The notes beneath the pieces are model-generated. The model ran no database searches. It was not told where the DNA came from and saw nothing but the letters and a program-made list of their open reading frames with translations. DNA of 64,000 bases from Schizochytrium sp. TIO01. Taxonomy: Eukaryota; Protista; Bigyra: Labyrinthulomycetes. The position numbers were made by a program, and so were the translations under genes. The DNA lies in NCBI GenBank assembly GCA_004764695.1, contig SMSO01000032.1, positions 5,178,483 to 5,242,482 on the forward strand, in the 5' to 3' direction. Within the stretch, counting starts at the first letter, position 1. The number at the start of each line of letters is the position of its first letter. Shown piece after piece: positions 25,119 through 39,790 of the stretch.

Positions 25119-28100
25119 TTGAACTCTCTGAAGGTTTGTGGTTTAACTGAGCTGTTGAACATATTCCTTAATTGGCGCGAGTTTCAAGAACAATTGTAGC
25201 GAACTATGAGCGCCGAGGCAGCTGCTTGGCACCTGCACATCAAGGCTGGGTTGGACCTGGCTGGGGATTCGATATTCCAGGCCTCTTCGCCAACGCTTGC
25301 GAAGGAAAGGGCGCTCTTGCCTCGAAGGAGGTCGGTTTCCTTCCACTCAGACTCAGGGAGCGAATCATTGTTTCAGGTGCCGCAGTTCGTTTGTTGGATT
25401 CGAACTGAAAAAAATGTTTTTGAATCAAAACTCTTGTTTTCCCTCATTTTTTGACACTCGCCACGGATAATGGCCGCCGCTCGGTCGCTTGGCTCAGTGA
25501 ATGTAGAGCGAAACATATAGTAGCAAAGCAAAGGGAATTGATCGCCTCGAGCTCTGATGACAATATCTGGGAATGAGGCGACGTGTCGCCGGCAGTGAGT
25601 GCTAAGTTGAATGTCTTTGCGGCATGAAATTCATATCTCACTACCCTTTTTTCTTTTCTTTTTAAAAATAAATTAAACGAAAACATGCGCGAATGAATTC
25701 ATTAAAAAGGAGAACCTACCTATATTAGGTATGCCTTTGTTTGCGAACCCATAAGACTCATGTCCAAGTATTTGCACTTAATGATGGCGTGCGCGAAGAT
25801 GACAGTGTGAAGAGCAGTGTAGTTCCAGCACTAGAACTTACATAGTATTCATCGTTATGTCTTCTTCAGTTTTTTGTTTTTTTAATGAAAGGAAAGGATC
25901 AAAAATGGAGAAGAGTTATTTGGAAGACGCAATTTTATGGTGAGGTACGTATAGTGTTCCAACAGTTAATTTACTTTTCAAAAGAGTGCTAGGGACTGCA
26001 CAAGAGGAGACTGGATTCGAGGAGCCCATTTTTATTTGTTTCATTTAATTTAAAGAAATGATCCCATCGAGAGTAGTCGTGGTAGAGCATAGGAGTAGTA
26101 TGCATGCACTACCTAATAGCACGCGAGCAGTAATGGCTGTGGCAGTAAGCAACGTGCAGGGCACGTTATGGCTATTATATTGGACTTTTATCCGATTTGA
26201 ACTTGAAGAATGCAAAAGATCTGTTGACACCTGTTGTCTCTGGCTCGTTCTGGAGCAGTCTAATACTGTTTGCTCAATTTTCACTTACTCGCAGCTTAAA
26301 AAAGTTAATGCGGTGTTTGTTTGCTTGATTGTTTTGTTTGTCTGTTTCTTAGTTAATTTGGTGATTTCTTTCTGACTGTGACGAAGTGGTTTACGTGAAG
26401 TTCATCTCTTAAAATAGGTGCGCATAATATTAGGTGCAGACTTGGTGGGATCTTAAGATATATAGGTACATAGTAGGTACGGATTTGGTGGAACTCGTTA
26501 ACCCCTATATCTGAAAAGATTTCAAGAGAGCTATACTTTAATTTAGCGGCTCAAAGTCAGCAGATTAAGGAATGGCCGCCATAATATACCCATCCATATA
26601 CTGCTTTGGGGTATCATCGCGACGCTTGACGTTCGGATATTTGTTTTTTGTTTTTATTTTCCCAAAAGCTGCGTAGTGTGGTGAGTAAGTAATCGTCCTT
26701 CGAGGCAAAATGAAGACCGCCTGACCTTGCCCGGAATTGAATTGGTAACAGGAATCGATCGAGAATCAGGTCAATTAATTGCGCGACGCAAAGAGTGTAC
26801 AGACTGAGAGGTAAGCTTTACCCCCGCTGAACAGAGAGAGCCCAATCGCTACGATAGATAGTGTGGCAAACCGAAAGCTACGTCTTCCTGTAAGGCCGAT
26901 TCCTCGTCGATGTTCATTGTACGCTGTGAGGAGCGGAGAATAAGCAACAAATTGATAACTTTGTTTCTAAATTCTTCTGTGGATCATCACAAATGTAATT
27001 ATTTTTACAAAAAGTATTCCTTTAATTTTTAAAAAATTGTTTTTTGAATATTTGTTTGTTGCTGCGGATTTTTAATATGTTTAATTCAAATGACTCATTC
27101 GAATAAATAGGTGGTTTATTTATTGTAATAATTATTCATCCGTAGAATATTATCGATGAATTCGGACTTCAAATGGAGTGCGAAGTGCCATGAATCTCAC
27201 CCATCTCTGTGGCGGAGAGCCTGAGCTCGCTTGTGCAAGAACTTTGCATTGGCCTGTTCGTTCACGAACGTCGTCTCTACTCATCAGGGAGCGAAGGGGT
27301 TGACATGGAGAGCCTTCGTTCAGCTCGTCCCTCCCTCTCCCTCGCGCTTGCCCGTCAAGCGTGCAGGAGAAGGTAATCTGCGACTGCAAATTGCAAATCG
27401 TAGGAAAACGGAGAGAAAGAAAAGCTGGAAATGAGCGGAAACTTGAAGGCTGAAGAACACTCAGGGAGGCACGAAATGAGTTGGAGAGAAGCCGAGTCCT
27501 GTGGCCAATATTAAGCGTGCCTAGCTCTGAAGTTATGTGTTTGAGTCATGGAGTATGCGATCTAAGAGCCCTTGAATTAAGGTCGGTGGGTAGGGCTTTC
27601 TAAGTTTTATTTTTAAAAAAAGTGTTGGTGTTAGGTGTTTCTACTTTTATTTAGTATCATTATTATCATTAATATTTGTTATTTAGGTCAGGGACCTTCC
27701 GAAGGCACGATTGAAAGGCTCGAGTAAAGCAGAGCGAATGATTGGGGGGCTGTGCTCATTCCATGATTCAGGATGCGGACACGTGACATAATCTTCAAGT
27801 AGTCTACTAGCCACACGGTGCATCAAAGGTACTGAGGCAGCGCATTCGGTTCTTTCATTCAAAGTATATGACTTCTCTCTCTTTCTTTCCTGAGTATTGA
27901 ATTTTTACTTTAGAAGTACCTATAGGGTATCAATTTAAAAAAAATCTAAAATGATTTTTATGATGTTAATGATTTTGAGCATTGAGAGTGTGACAATGTG
28001 CCACAAAGGCCAGTTCCAAAACCGGAACAGGTTGGCTGGCGCAGACAGATCGAGATCAGTGCAAACCACCAACCTTCTGATTTGCAAAATCTCGAGACCA

Positions 28101-28168
28101 AATCAAAACCTTAACTCAAGTCAACTCAACTCGTCTCCCAAACATTGTCGTCTGGGACACATCACACC

Positions 28169-30221
28169 ATGACCTGGCGACTCTGGCTAGCTGTGCTGGC
28201 CACTATAGTGGCTTCAACTGTCGCGAAAAAGCCTACACCTGAACCGACCTCTTCACCGACAGAATGCACAGGCTGGAAATATGGTATATTCGCTGGTTCG
28301 GCCGTTGTCAAAGACACAGTAACTGTAAGCACTGTCGAGGAGTGCGCAGCGGCTTGTGATGCACAAACGAGCTTTGATTGCATTGGCTGGTCGTTTCATA
28401 CCGATGGCGAGTCTGGAAACCATGACTGTAAACTTTACTCCAAATACAATAAGTTTACTCCTCAGACCGAAAATAGCAAATGGATATCTGGCCCATTTGA
28501 ATGTACAGATGCGCCCACTCTCTCGCCCACCCCGTTGCCTACAACGCCTTCGCCGACGGAATGCACAGGCTGGAAATATGGTATATTCGCTGGTTCGGCC
28601 GTTGTCAAAAACACAGTAACTGTAAGCACTGTCGAGGAGTGCGCAGCGGCTTGTGATGCACAAACGAGCTTTGATTGCATTGGCTGGTCGTTTCATACCA
28701 ATGGCGAGTCGGGAAGCCATCAATGTAAACTTTACTCTCAATACAATAAGTTTGTTCCTCAGACCGAAAATAGCAAATGGATATCAGGTCCATTTGGTTG
28801 TTCAACTTCCGAGCCTACAGCCCATCCCACTCATGAGCCCACGCCTCAACCCACTCATGAGCCCACGCCTCAACCCACTCATGAGCCCACGCCTCAACCC
28901 ACTCATGAGCCCACGCCTCAACCTACTCATGAGCCCACGCCGGAGCCCACGCCCCAGCCTACGCCGGAGCCCACGCCCCAGCCTACGCCGGAGCCCACGC
29001 CCCAGCCTACACCGGAGCCCACGCCCCAGCCTACACCGGAGCCCACGCCCCAGCCTACGCCCCAGCCCACGCCGGAGCCCACGCCGGAGCCCACGCCCCA
29101 GCCTACACCGGAGCCCACGCCGCAGCCCACGCCAGAGCCCACCAACGAGCCTACGCCCCAGCCCACTGTCGAGACCACTATTGAAGAGCTTACACCTTCT
29201 CCTACGCCAATGCCGATCGCACAGTGTCCCGATCGCAAACTTGACATCGTTTGGGTAGTTGACAACAGCGGATCGATTGATGATAATGGTTCCAATGGCC
29301 CAACAGTTCTGAAAGAACTGATGTATCGCCTTACAGATGCCTACACACTCTCTCAAACCCAAACACGATTTGCTGGCCTTCGTTTTGCTAACACAATCAT
29401 AAACACAAAAACAACACCTACCGTTAACTACCCCCTGGGTAAGCCCGCATTCGGAACGTAAGTTAATCGAGCAACCTCACTTTAAAAAGGCTTGCTTCTT
29501 TGTAAACTCGTGATCATGAAATTAATTACACTGCTGAATATTATTGAAAGAGGTACTAACTGATAGATTCTGCACTTGTGCGCGTGCTTCAACGTTGAAA
29601 TTAATTTTAAAATACAGGACGAAGCCAGGTCGCCCCTTCAACTTCATAATGGATCAATCAACAAATGTCGATGCTGCTTGGGATGATTTCGCTGCCACCA
29701 TGAAAGCTGATTCAAACACAAACACGCCTGTAGCTTTGCAAGGAGCAAACTATATTCTTGGTCTCTCTGAAGAAGATGGTGGTCCACGTACTGCAGATGA
29801 AGATACCATTCGCATTCTGATTCTTTTTACAGATGGCAACCCGAACCGTTACAAGAACGCCTATTGTGGTGATAAGGGAACGTATACTGGCAGTGAATCA
29901 GGCCAAGCAACAAAGCCAATTCATTTGGCGTGCACAGAATACTGGGTTAAGGAGATCATCAATAACCATGATGTCTACGTCATCTTTGTGAAAATTGGCG
30001 CAAATATTGATGCTGACTTTCTCCAATACTGTATTGAGCTTCCCAGTAAGAATGGTGCCCAACCACTGCCAATTCAGACCGTCGAAGCAACATTCGAAGA
30101 TATTCAAGAAACGGTGGATTCTGTCATTGAGGCCAGTTGTATTGATGAAAGTTTCATGACTCCTCAGACTGTTGGATTTAAGTATGATGGGTCTGTAAAA
30201 CAATGTGCCAACAACATCTAA
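28169..30221 (+). CDS. Secreted PAN/Apple x2-PT stalk-vWA protein, paralog 2 (exons 28169-29457, 29618-30221; about 630 aa)
   Basis: Signal peptide [19 protein letters not shown]; two near-identical PAN-like domains; [16 protein letters not shown] stalk; vWA with [15 protein letters not shown] and ILILFTDG. Intron GTAAGT(29458)...TACTAAC(29554)...TACAG(29617) is in frame. Confidence 0.9.
28256..28800 (+). repeat. Direct internal duplication (297-bp spacing) of a PAN/Apple-like domain
   Basis: 28256-~28500 and 28553-~28797 are nearly identical at DNA level ([18 protein letters not shown]...SKWISGPF). Confidence 0.95.
28826..29165 (+). repeat. Coding 12/24-bp PT repeats ([16 protein letters not shown])
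   Basis: cccactcatgagcccacgcctcaa units followed by cctacgccggagcccacgccccag-type units. Confidence 0.93.
29458..29617 (+). other. Spliceosomal intron, phase 2 (paralog 2)
   Basis: GTAAGT/TACTAAC/TACAG at the same position as in the other paralogs. Confidence 0.85.
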
Positions 30222-33200
30222 GACTTTTCATTTCTAAGACAAACAGATTCTGCAATAACATATGATAAGGTATTCAATATTTTTGAACTCATTTTCCAGT
30301 TTTGATTCAATTTACAGTATTCGAAATACTTAAGCTACTTGCCAAGCATAATAGATGAGTACACTTTTCACAGAATATTAGATGCAATAGTATTTATTTT
30401 TATCATTATTCCTGAACATCCTGACAACTACAGGAATTTGAAATTACCTTTGCTATTAGCTCTTTATCTTCCTCATATTTTATTCGTAGTGAAGACAAGT
30501 CTAGTCTAGAAATTTGGCTTGGGCAAACTCTAGTTCATATGATCTGCGAGATGTTTTGATCGTTTCGTTTGGCATCTATTGCTGCTCTCACGATATAAGA
30601 TTTAGCAATCTCTGTTATTCAAAAGCATTATGAGAGTCTGCCTCATGGTGGAACGATGTTATCCTAGATTAAAACTCAGGATTTGAGCGAGCCGCTGGAA
30701 CGAATCCGTATAATACTTTCCCAAACCTTCCGATCAGCTTAATTGATTACATGTTGGTAAAAAGGTCATCGTTTGCAATCCTCAACCAGGATCATACAAT
30801 AACAATGACCAATGAACGGATTTTCGGCATGGTTTTAAGGCTACACATCATCTGACATTGAGAATAAAAAATACCAAAGCAGCACATCAGTATACAAACC
30901 AGGCTTTTACTATCTCGGTACTAAGTAATCTTTTGCACGCAAGATGTATTTTTAATTAAAAACCTATTAATCCTAATGCTACTGCTATTGATATTGCTAT
31001 TGCTATTGCTATTGCTATTGCAATTGGTGATATTCCTGTTCCTATTCCTAATGCGAGTGAATATGGAAAATAAACGTATGTTCTTCTTATCACTTATCAG
31101 TGTGGCCTTCTATATTAAATTAATAACGAGATGACCTAATCATGGTAATCAATTTATCACAAGAACGAAACGGATCAATCGGGGTCTCGTAAAAGCACTC
31201 TGTTTTATAGCGATGGTACCTTATGTGAAGTCATCATTCTTTCAAATTGGTCTTTAATTTGAACTTGCATAATGAAGAGCCCTACAACCAAGTAACCTTC
31301 AACCTGCGCGCTGCAAGTTACTGTGCATAGAAATCGGTTCAGAATAACTACACTTTAATGTAATCAACAAATAAGACTTATATTGAAAAGCTTGATATTT
31401 CTCTGTGATCTTGGTTTGTTGATGTAATCAAAATAATACGTTGTGTTATACTACCCAGATTAAAAGTATAAAATGCATCAGCAACTATTCTAATGTCCGG
31501 GATTAATTTGAAGTGTTAGTTCTGATTATTTTAGTATGAGTGGAGTTAGCATTGCAGTTTTTAGTTACCAAAGTTGAGCGAAATATTGCCAGATCCTCAT
31601 CCGGACAGAGTAATATTTAATAAGTTTTAAGACCTGATACGCTTGTCAAATTTTTAGCAACATATAAAAGAAAATCCTCCTGGAGCTAGCTCGGCTGCAT
31701 GCGTTAGTCTTTCTTAATAATCCCACAAAACCTTTCCGAAAGGAAGTCCTCTTCAAGACTCGTCAATGCTATCGAAAGTCAGGAGTTCAAAGAAACATTC
31801 AGATGCTTCAAACTGATACGGAACCTCAGGTATCATGATCTAATATAAAGATGTATCGCAACGTATTTATGAAGATTTCCACCTGCTAGTGATGCGAAGT
31901 CGTAGAATCTCCATCGACATATTACACTGTCCAGTCCTTATGTCCATGATGCGAGAAAGTTTGTAAGAGAATTCTATTCAAAAGGGCTCTGCGGACTTTT
32001 CATTTTTTTTTGTTATCTATAATATTGTGCCAGCTCATTTTCCTCTTTTTCGCTATACATAACATACAGTATGAACATTCATGTTGACGCGATAAAACTG
32101 AAGCAACGCTTTATTAGTAAGGCTACGCATTGCCCACGCCGCGATGATCTGAAAAGGTTGAGATTTGTGTAGTCACTCTGTGTGTGCCAAAAGATTAGCG
32201 CAGCGAGACAGAAGTTATTTGGAAGTTTCTCGTGACGAAATTTAAATTCTTTCCTTTTTGTGAAACTTTTCCAGAAGATTTGAAGCGCGTTCAGGCGTAA
32301 AATTCAACGCGGCTTTCTCTCTTCTGGTTAAAGAGAGGGGATCCTGGTGCACAATAAGTGAACAGCACTTTGAAGCTAAAACGGGTCAAGTAGGTACCTA
32401 GTGATTTGTATATACATAATAACAATTATTAATAAATATACTGTAGGAAATATTGTTTAATTTTAAAATGTTTTAAAAAAAAGGGGGGAGGGCCTTAGGT
32501 TTACCTTCGTAATGCCAAGTACGACTATCATGTCGCATATGTTGTTTGCCAGGGAGTGACTACGCTCTACTGTATGCAATCAGGGTTTAATTCGCAAAGC
32601 ACGAAAGGTAGAGTTGTCTTTGAACATAGCATTCCTGGAAAACATATGTTTTTTTGTTTTGTTTTTCAATATGCTCGGCAACTAAGACATTGGCTTTTAC
32701 TATTCATTTCGTCGCAAGACCCACTTTCATATACCGAAACTTCTTCGAATCGGTTTATCCGTCGCCCGCAAACGCCCCCTCCGAAAAGAAGCGCGTGTGC
32801 AAGAGATTCCTCGCTATTGAAACGACCATTTCAGTTTAGTATGGCTTTCAGAGTGTAGATATCGCATTATTTTTATTCTGAAACTTACGACTTTAAAAAG
32901 AAAGCAAGAATATACTATAGCAGTAGTAGTTTTAATAGTTTGTTTTTGATTAAAACAATTGATTTGTTTGACTGACGTAGGGCCTCCGGGATCTGCAAAG
33001 AGCCGTGAGACTGGTTAGTTGAACCCCGCAACATCCTTGATACCTTCTTCTCTTGGTGTCGCCATGCAGGCTGGCACATGTCCGAGGGCTCGGCCTTGAT
33101 GCCATCAACAGCTTCAGAGAAGGCCGCATTTACAAGACCATGACTAGGACCTACTACAGTTTCATTCTCTGATGGAAGTATTGTGCAGCGCATGGACACT

Positions 33201-35685
33201 TTGTTTCTGTAGCTAAGCATTGAAATAGCACAAACAAACTGAGGTCGATTTGATTGGTTGGTGGGCTTAGCAGTCAAATACGAAAGGAATCCTAACCGAG
33301 AACAAATAGGCACCACGAAGGTTCTGTTCTCGCTCCCTCCGGTGTGATAGCTGATTGGACTTTGACTTTAGTTTCTACCCACTTCGTCGATGAAGTAGCC
33401 TCTGACTATTGAGAGTGTTGTCCCCTCATTCGCCAATTGTCAATTCAGCACTTTCTGGTCCTACGTATTTTTTTTAATTTCCAATCTTTTAGAAACATGT
33501 CTTCTTCTTTTTTTCATTTCTTTATCTTATTCGTAAACTGTTATTTATAATCTGGTAGGGAACGGAGCCTTTCGGCAATTTGCATCATTTGAAGATTGTT
33601 GGTCAAACGAAGTGCCCAATGCTGACTTATTCGCAACCTATTATGGCACCGAGTGATTATGTAATCTTCAAGGGAGGGAAAATGAAGACACACTTCGTGT
33701 AAGGAAGCGGCTGGCATGTTCATCTATGTAGTAGTTTATAGATGCTGTGGCTTGTTGATAGAAATCGACTTGACCAGGAAACTGAAAAAGCGAGTACATT
33801 TAGATGAGACAGTTCCAGTTTTTTAGAGCGTGTCAAACGACTTTCTAAACCACTGGATTAGTGCAAAAGGCTCCAGAATCCATGTGCATAAAGAGGTAAA
33901 CAGAGAACTTGATCGAGGCTCGTTTTTTTTGTTGGATTGTTGAAAAGTTTTATTCCCGTTTACAAATCATGTTAGATCATATTTACTTGACTCTCAAAGC
34001 TGTAGATGTAAGGACGGGAGTTGTTCGGAAAATAGTATGCTTAATCTCTCTCTTTACGGAATAGAGTATCTTTCTATAGTATATTGTCTGTACTCCGAGG
34101 CTGCCCCTGAGTTTTATCAAAATAAATAAAACTTTCAGGACTTTATTATGGGGGTTAGCACCCTTCCTTTATGCTTGAGATTAAAAACAACAAAGTGGTG
34201 TACATGTTCATTTATTTATACTACAAGGATGCAAAAGTTTCCAGAGCCTGATCTGTACAGGAAAAGCGCTGTAGTTATATATACTTCTATGTTTTTTTAT
34301 TTGTCTTTTTTTTTTTTTCTCATTTTTTTCTTTCCTCTACTAGCTAGGTAGTTCTGGAATATGAATAGATTGTATTGGTAGAGAATTATGTTGGTTTTCT
34401 CGAGGCAGTGCTGGAGTTTTATTTTAAAATATAAAAAAAGTAGGCAGCGACAAAGAAGAAAGGGCAGTAGAAGTATTGCCCTGTTAACTAGCACATGGTT
34501 TCTTGGTTCCTAAAGGCCCAAATAAAAACTATGATAGTACACTTTCTCTCATACAATCTATGGAATTGACGTGCGGCACTTTTAGCTTCTGGCTAGTATA
34601 TTATAAGGTAGGTGTGCTGAGTAAGAGCCGACGGCCTGATTTGCCTTAGTGAAACAACCGTGCTGGAGCACAGCAGTTTATACTCAGCTTGTTTGTATCT
34701 ATACAGCTTGGCGATAAAACCATGAAAGTAGCCTACTTTATGGTGCTTTAGGTGTACATTCAAGCAACCACTGACCAATATGATCGCAGTCAGTGGCCAC
34801 CATTTCTCATTACTTATATATGGGAAAACTGAATACATAAAAGCAATTTTGAAGATATAGCTGCAAGTTTGAGGACACCAGAACCGCTATCCTTCTAGCT
34901 TCGAATGTGTGGAAGTGGCCTGGAAGCTTGCTTATCATACAAAAAGTTCGGCCAAGGGTGTTGGCCGTGGAATAGTTCCGCACCTTATTCCTCTAGAATA
35001 CATGCCTGTATTTCCCTGAATTCTACCAAAAACCCCTTGAGGACCCCTCTTGGAAAGGAATTATGAGAAGTATATGCAAGAGTCAGGGTGCGACTTTTTT
35101 GCTGTTCCGGATATACATCTTGAGTTCGAAATTAGAGTTATAGGCATAAGAAAAAGCCATACCTCCGACCGAGCATCGGTCTTGCGCGTGTGCAGATTTC
35201 AGAAGTCGATACGTACATAACGTCGCTGCTTTTAAAAGTTGCTAATAGGCCTGATTCTTTGTTTTAAAAGGCTCGAAGATGCATTCGATTCCACGGCCAG
35301 GTCTTTTGCTTTAGACCTGTTCATCGACTCTTAATGAATAGGCTTTAACTCCCTTCACATTGAACACTGAAGCATCTTGCTTGTTAGTAGGTAAATCTAG
35401 TATTAATAATTTACAGAATACAAGCTTTCTAGAGTAAGTGATTGCTGCGTTGCTGTGTTCAATTGTCTGGAAGATTTGGTGGGTAGTAAATATCAATGAT
35501 TGAGGTATATTTGCAGGGTAAATATTGCTTATTTTTAATTTTTAATTTAAATACAACTAGGGTAGTTACTACCTACCTGCTGATAGAATTTGAAATAAGA
35601 AAAAGGATGAATTCGTGAGAGTGAAAGTCAAGCCAAAGCAAAACCCAAACGCGAACAACTTCAAAATCTCAACCATTTGCAAACA

Positions 35686-37328
35686 ATGTATTCTGCTAAA
35701 AGTATACTCTACCTTATTGTGTTAGCAACCCTGGCAGCCTTTACGAATGCTTGTGTAGAATCAGGCGTTACATGTACAGGCAAGCTTATCAAGATTCACG
35801 GTGCATCAACTACAAGTTGTGGTGACTCAAGCGAATGCTCAGAGGTGTGCTCTGAATATGATGAATGTGTTGCGTGGACTTACAACGTCAACAGCAACAA
35901 ATGCTCCATCTATGCGACACGTACAGGTACTAAAAAGAACTCCAAGTATGTAACAGGCTCTCGCGACTGCGACGGAGAGACCACCAGCGAAGGTAACACC
36001 CCTGCTCCTACTTTGGCGCCTACAGCTGCGCCGACGGAATGTTCAACTTGGCAATACGGCATGTTTGTTGGGTCTGGTGATGAATTTATGCTATCCATTG
36101 GGGGTATTGCTGAGCCGGAGGACTGCGAAGCGCTTTGTGCTGCGGAAACGGACTTCGCTTGCGTGTGCTGGTCACACCATCGCAATGGAGCCTCCAAGAA
36201 CAGAATTTGCGAGCTTTATGAGACAAGACCCACATTTGTCGAACAGCCTCAATCAAGTAAGTGGACATCTGGCCCATTTGACTGCCCTACTGCAAGCCCG
36301 ACGATCGCACCCACAGATGCCCCAATTACAGTGGAGGAACTCACACCTGCCCCTACACCGGCCCCAATCTATCAATGCCTTGATAAACAACTTGATATTT
36401 TGTGGATACTTGATAATAGTTGGTCAATCGATCAAAATGAAGGAAATGGGTCGGCGGTTCTCCAGGATCTTCTCCCGCGCCTGGCCGATGCGTATAACCT
36501 TTCCCAAAGTGAGACACGTTTCTCTGGACTCGCTTATAGTACAAACATTAGAGGTGTGACATCGGCTGATGTCAATAGCTCCTACCCTCTTGACACAAAA
36601 CCTTTTGACAGGTAAGTTTAAAGAAACGTTATACACACATGCAAAGATTAACACAACGTGTATTTATCGATTAATTCTACGAACAACACGACACTAACAT
36701 TATTTGGATGATCATACCACCACACAGTACTTACGCTGTTTCGCCATTTAATTTTCAAATGAGCCAATCCACGAATGAAGGTGGGACATGGGACGCATTT
36801 GCGAGCAAAATGAAAGCCATGTCGACAACCAACACCCCTCTAGCATTGCAAGCCGCAAAGTATATCATGGGTCTTGATGAATCCGCGGGAGGGCCACGAC
36901 AAGATGAGGCTGTCAAGATTGTCATTCTTTTGACAGACGGCAGTCCCAACATGCGAGCCAAGACAGAATGCGGTGACATTCCTGCTGATGAAACATTAAA
37001 TTCGAAGATTGATCAGTTTGACATGGCCTGCACAGAGTGGCTAGTGTATGAGCTCATCAACAAGCTTGGTGTCTATTTCATCGATGTTCAAATCGGTGGT
37101 GATGTTGATGAAAACTTTCTCAATTACTGCATTTCTAATCCTGAATCAAACAATGGCCAACCCCTCCCACTGCAGACTATCAAGGCAACTTTTGAAAATA
37201 TTCAAGAGACAGTTGATAGTATTATCCAAGCAAGCTGCATTGACTCTAGTTTTAAGAGCCCCCAGAACATTGTCTTCAACTATGAAACCGCAAATTCCTG
37301 TGCTTCGGCAATTGAGAGCTTCTTTTGA
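35686..37328 (+). CDS. Secreted PAN/Apple x2-short PT linker-vWA protein, paralog 3 (exons 35686-36611, 36728-37328; about 508 aa)
   Basis: ATG at 35686, signal peptide MYSAKSILYLIVLATLAAFTNA; two PAN-like domains; vWA with DILWILDNSWS, TNTP and IVILLTDG. Intron GTAAGT(36612)...CACTAAC(36692)...CACAG(36727). Confidence 0.9.
36612..36727 (+). other. Spliceosomal intron, phase 2 (paralog 3)
   Basis: Canonical donor, branch point and acceptor; splicing restores the frame. Confidence 0.88.
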
Positions 37329-39687
37329 GTACTGATTCTGCTTTCCTAAACTAATTTGCTTTAGTCCAAAATTTGAACCACAAGAGTTTTCACTCTTTTC
37401 CTCTAGAGTTGACTGTTTTATTTCAGCCTATTCTTTCCAGCAAAAAACACATTTTTCAGGCTCATAGAAATCTTGCATAGTTTGGAAAGTGAACATCATT
37501 ATGCAAGCAATACTTGATGATAAGATAATAAAGGCAAAATACTGAAAGTTTTAAAAAGACTTCAGAGGGCATTCTAAATTTGCATTTTAGAGCTTGTGAT
37601 CTTCTTATCTGTGACAAGTTGGACTGATCAGATATCGTTGGGAGTTCTGTGACAGACTTAAGTTGTACTGTGCATTACTAAAAAGGTTAAGCTTAACATC
37701 TTTCCTTATCCATCACATCATATGAAACCTTCTCTTACAGATCTTCCTAAATATCTGGCGTACTATCAACACTCGAGTCCCTTGGTTTCACACCTCCGTA
37801 CGTATCTGATCATCTATATATGTACTATACATTTCATCTATACATTTTATATTATTTCCGAGTTGATGTCAGTATGTGTCAAGGAAAGTGGCAATGTCTT
37901 GTTCACACAGTTTTTGGACTGGTGATTATATTTTATGGTCATAAGCGTTGTCACCCCCCCCACACCCTCCCCCAAAAAATAAAAATAATCAAGGTACGCT
38001 TGAGACGATCTTAAGGCATTCTATTTTTGGTGATGAAGTGCGCTTCCAGTGATGTCGCTTCTAAAGTCAGTAGTGACTTATGCTTATGTTTAGCACCCAC
38101 ACTGAACATATTCATGAGGCATGGATACGGTCTATAATATGTTCACTCTCTATGTATAATCAAAATGATTTCCGAGGTTAGATACGAGGGCAACCAATCG
38201 CTAAGTTTTTTGTATATTTCGTTACGTTTCTCTTTTCCTGTAAGCTTTTTAGTAGTTATAAAGACTCTACTCCTCATCTTTTGAGGTTTGACCTCAAGCG
38301 TGACAAGTTCTGACCTGCAGTAGTGACGTAAAGTTGAGCATCTAAGACTCTGGTGATAAATACTACCGTGATAAATCCTTGTTTCAAGATCGCATGGATC
38401 GTTCTTTATTATTAAAAAAAGTATAACCTTGTACACTCAGAATTTTGAAGGTATCGGGGTTGTTTAAGGGCGACTTATTCAGAAGTGGGATCTTCAGGAA
38501 AGTGTTAATATTTGGAAATACATTTAATCCGCCACCGCAGAAAATATTTCAAGCTGTACTATGATAGCTTCAGTCCCACGGACTGATACGTAACTTGGCT
38601 ACTTTCCATCTTGTAAAGATCCACCGCATTCAAAAATTCTTACCTAAACGTCCGCATAATGTATTCCCTGGTCTGAGTTTCTATAGAGCTTCCGGCGTAC
38701 CGAGCAGTAAATACAGAGTAATCAGCAATTGAAGATATCTTATGGCGTGAATTCAGGAGAAAAATAAGAGCAATCAATTAATAAATATATAACAAATTAA
38801 GCTTTGTTACCATGCCGCAGTTCACTACGATGCTTTATGTTGCTGGCACTACTGACAGAAATAAATGAAGGCACTGAATTCATTCAAAGCAAAATGTGTA
38901 ATGAAGCACATAATCATGCATCACACACACACTACGAGACGAGCTAAGCTGGTTGAGATCTTACGTCGTGGGTGCAGAACTTTGTGAAGTGCTGGTCGAG
39001 GTAAGCCGCGCCCGGACAGAAATAAACTGTGGGATGCCTCTCCTGATCGATCACCCCGGCGAGGATTCTATTACTCTACATAATTTAGAAACAAATGATC
39101 ATCTTGGCAATGATCTCACATAATAAAAATTATGCTGTAGCTTTTCGACAGCTCATAGGGGAAAGCTAGTACTAGCCTAATAAGCGAATAAAAGTGTGTA
39201 TTACCAATAAGTGAACAGTACCAATCCAGGTTACGACATACAGATATGAGTTTTCATCAAAGTAAAAAGGCATTCTCAGTAGAAAGAGGTACCGAGTTAA
39301 CACCATTTAGCTTGAGCAAAATAAAAAACTCAAGCCAAAACAATCACTCAATTCTGGTAAAGGGGTTGATAGGATCACCTAGGTACTTACCTACCATCTT
39401 TGAATACTGAGAGAGGGAACCTACGAATACCATGTCAGAGGGCCACAATGGAACCCTGACAATAATTTAGTTTGAAACAGGGAAATGGCGACAAGATGAA
39501 CATGTGAATCAACCAGAAACTACTTTTCTTTTTATTTAAATGCAATTTATAAATAATAAAAAGATAGGCAGCAAAAACACTCCATCATTTAGACACACTG
39601 GCTCTTCCTTTTCATTCTTATATTATTAATTTTAAAATTATATGAAGATAATATTAGGTACTATTAAATGCTAGCATAGAAATAGAC

Positions 39688-39790
<103 letters not shown>

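Noticed and set aside
29439-29444. Alternative GTAAGC donor in paralog 2
   Set aside because: Phase 1, incompatible with the homologous acceptor; the donor at 29458 matches the other paralogs.
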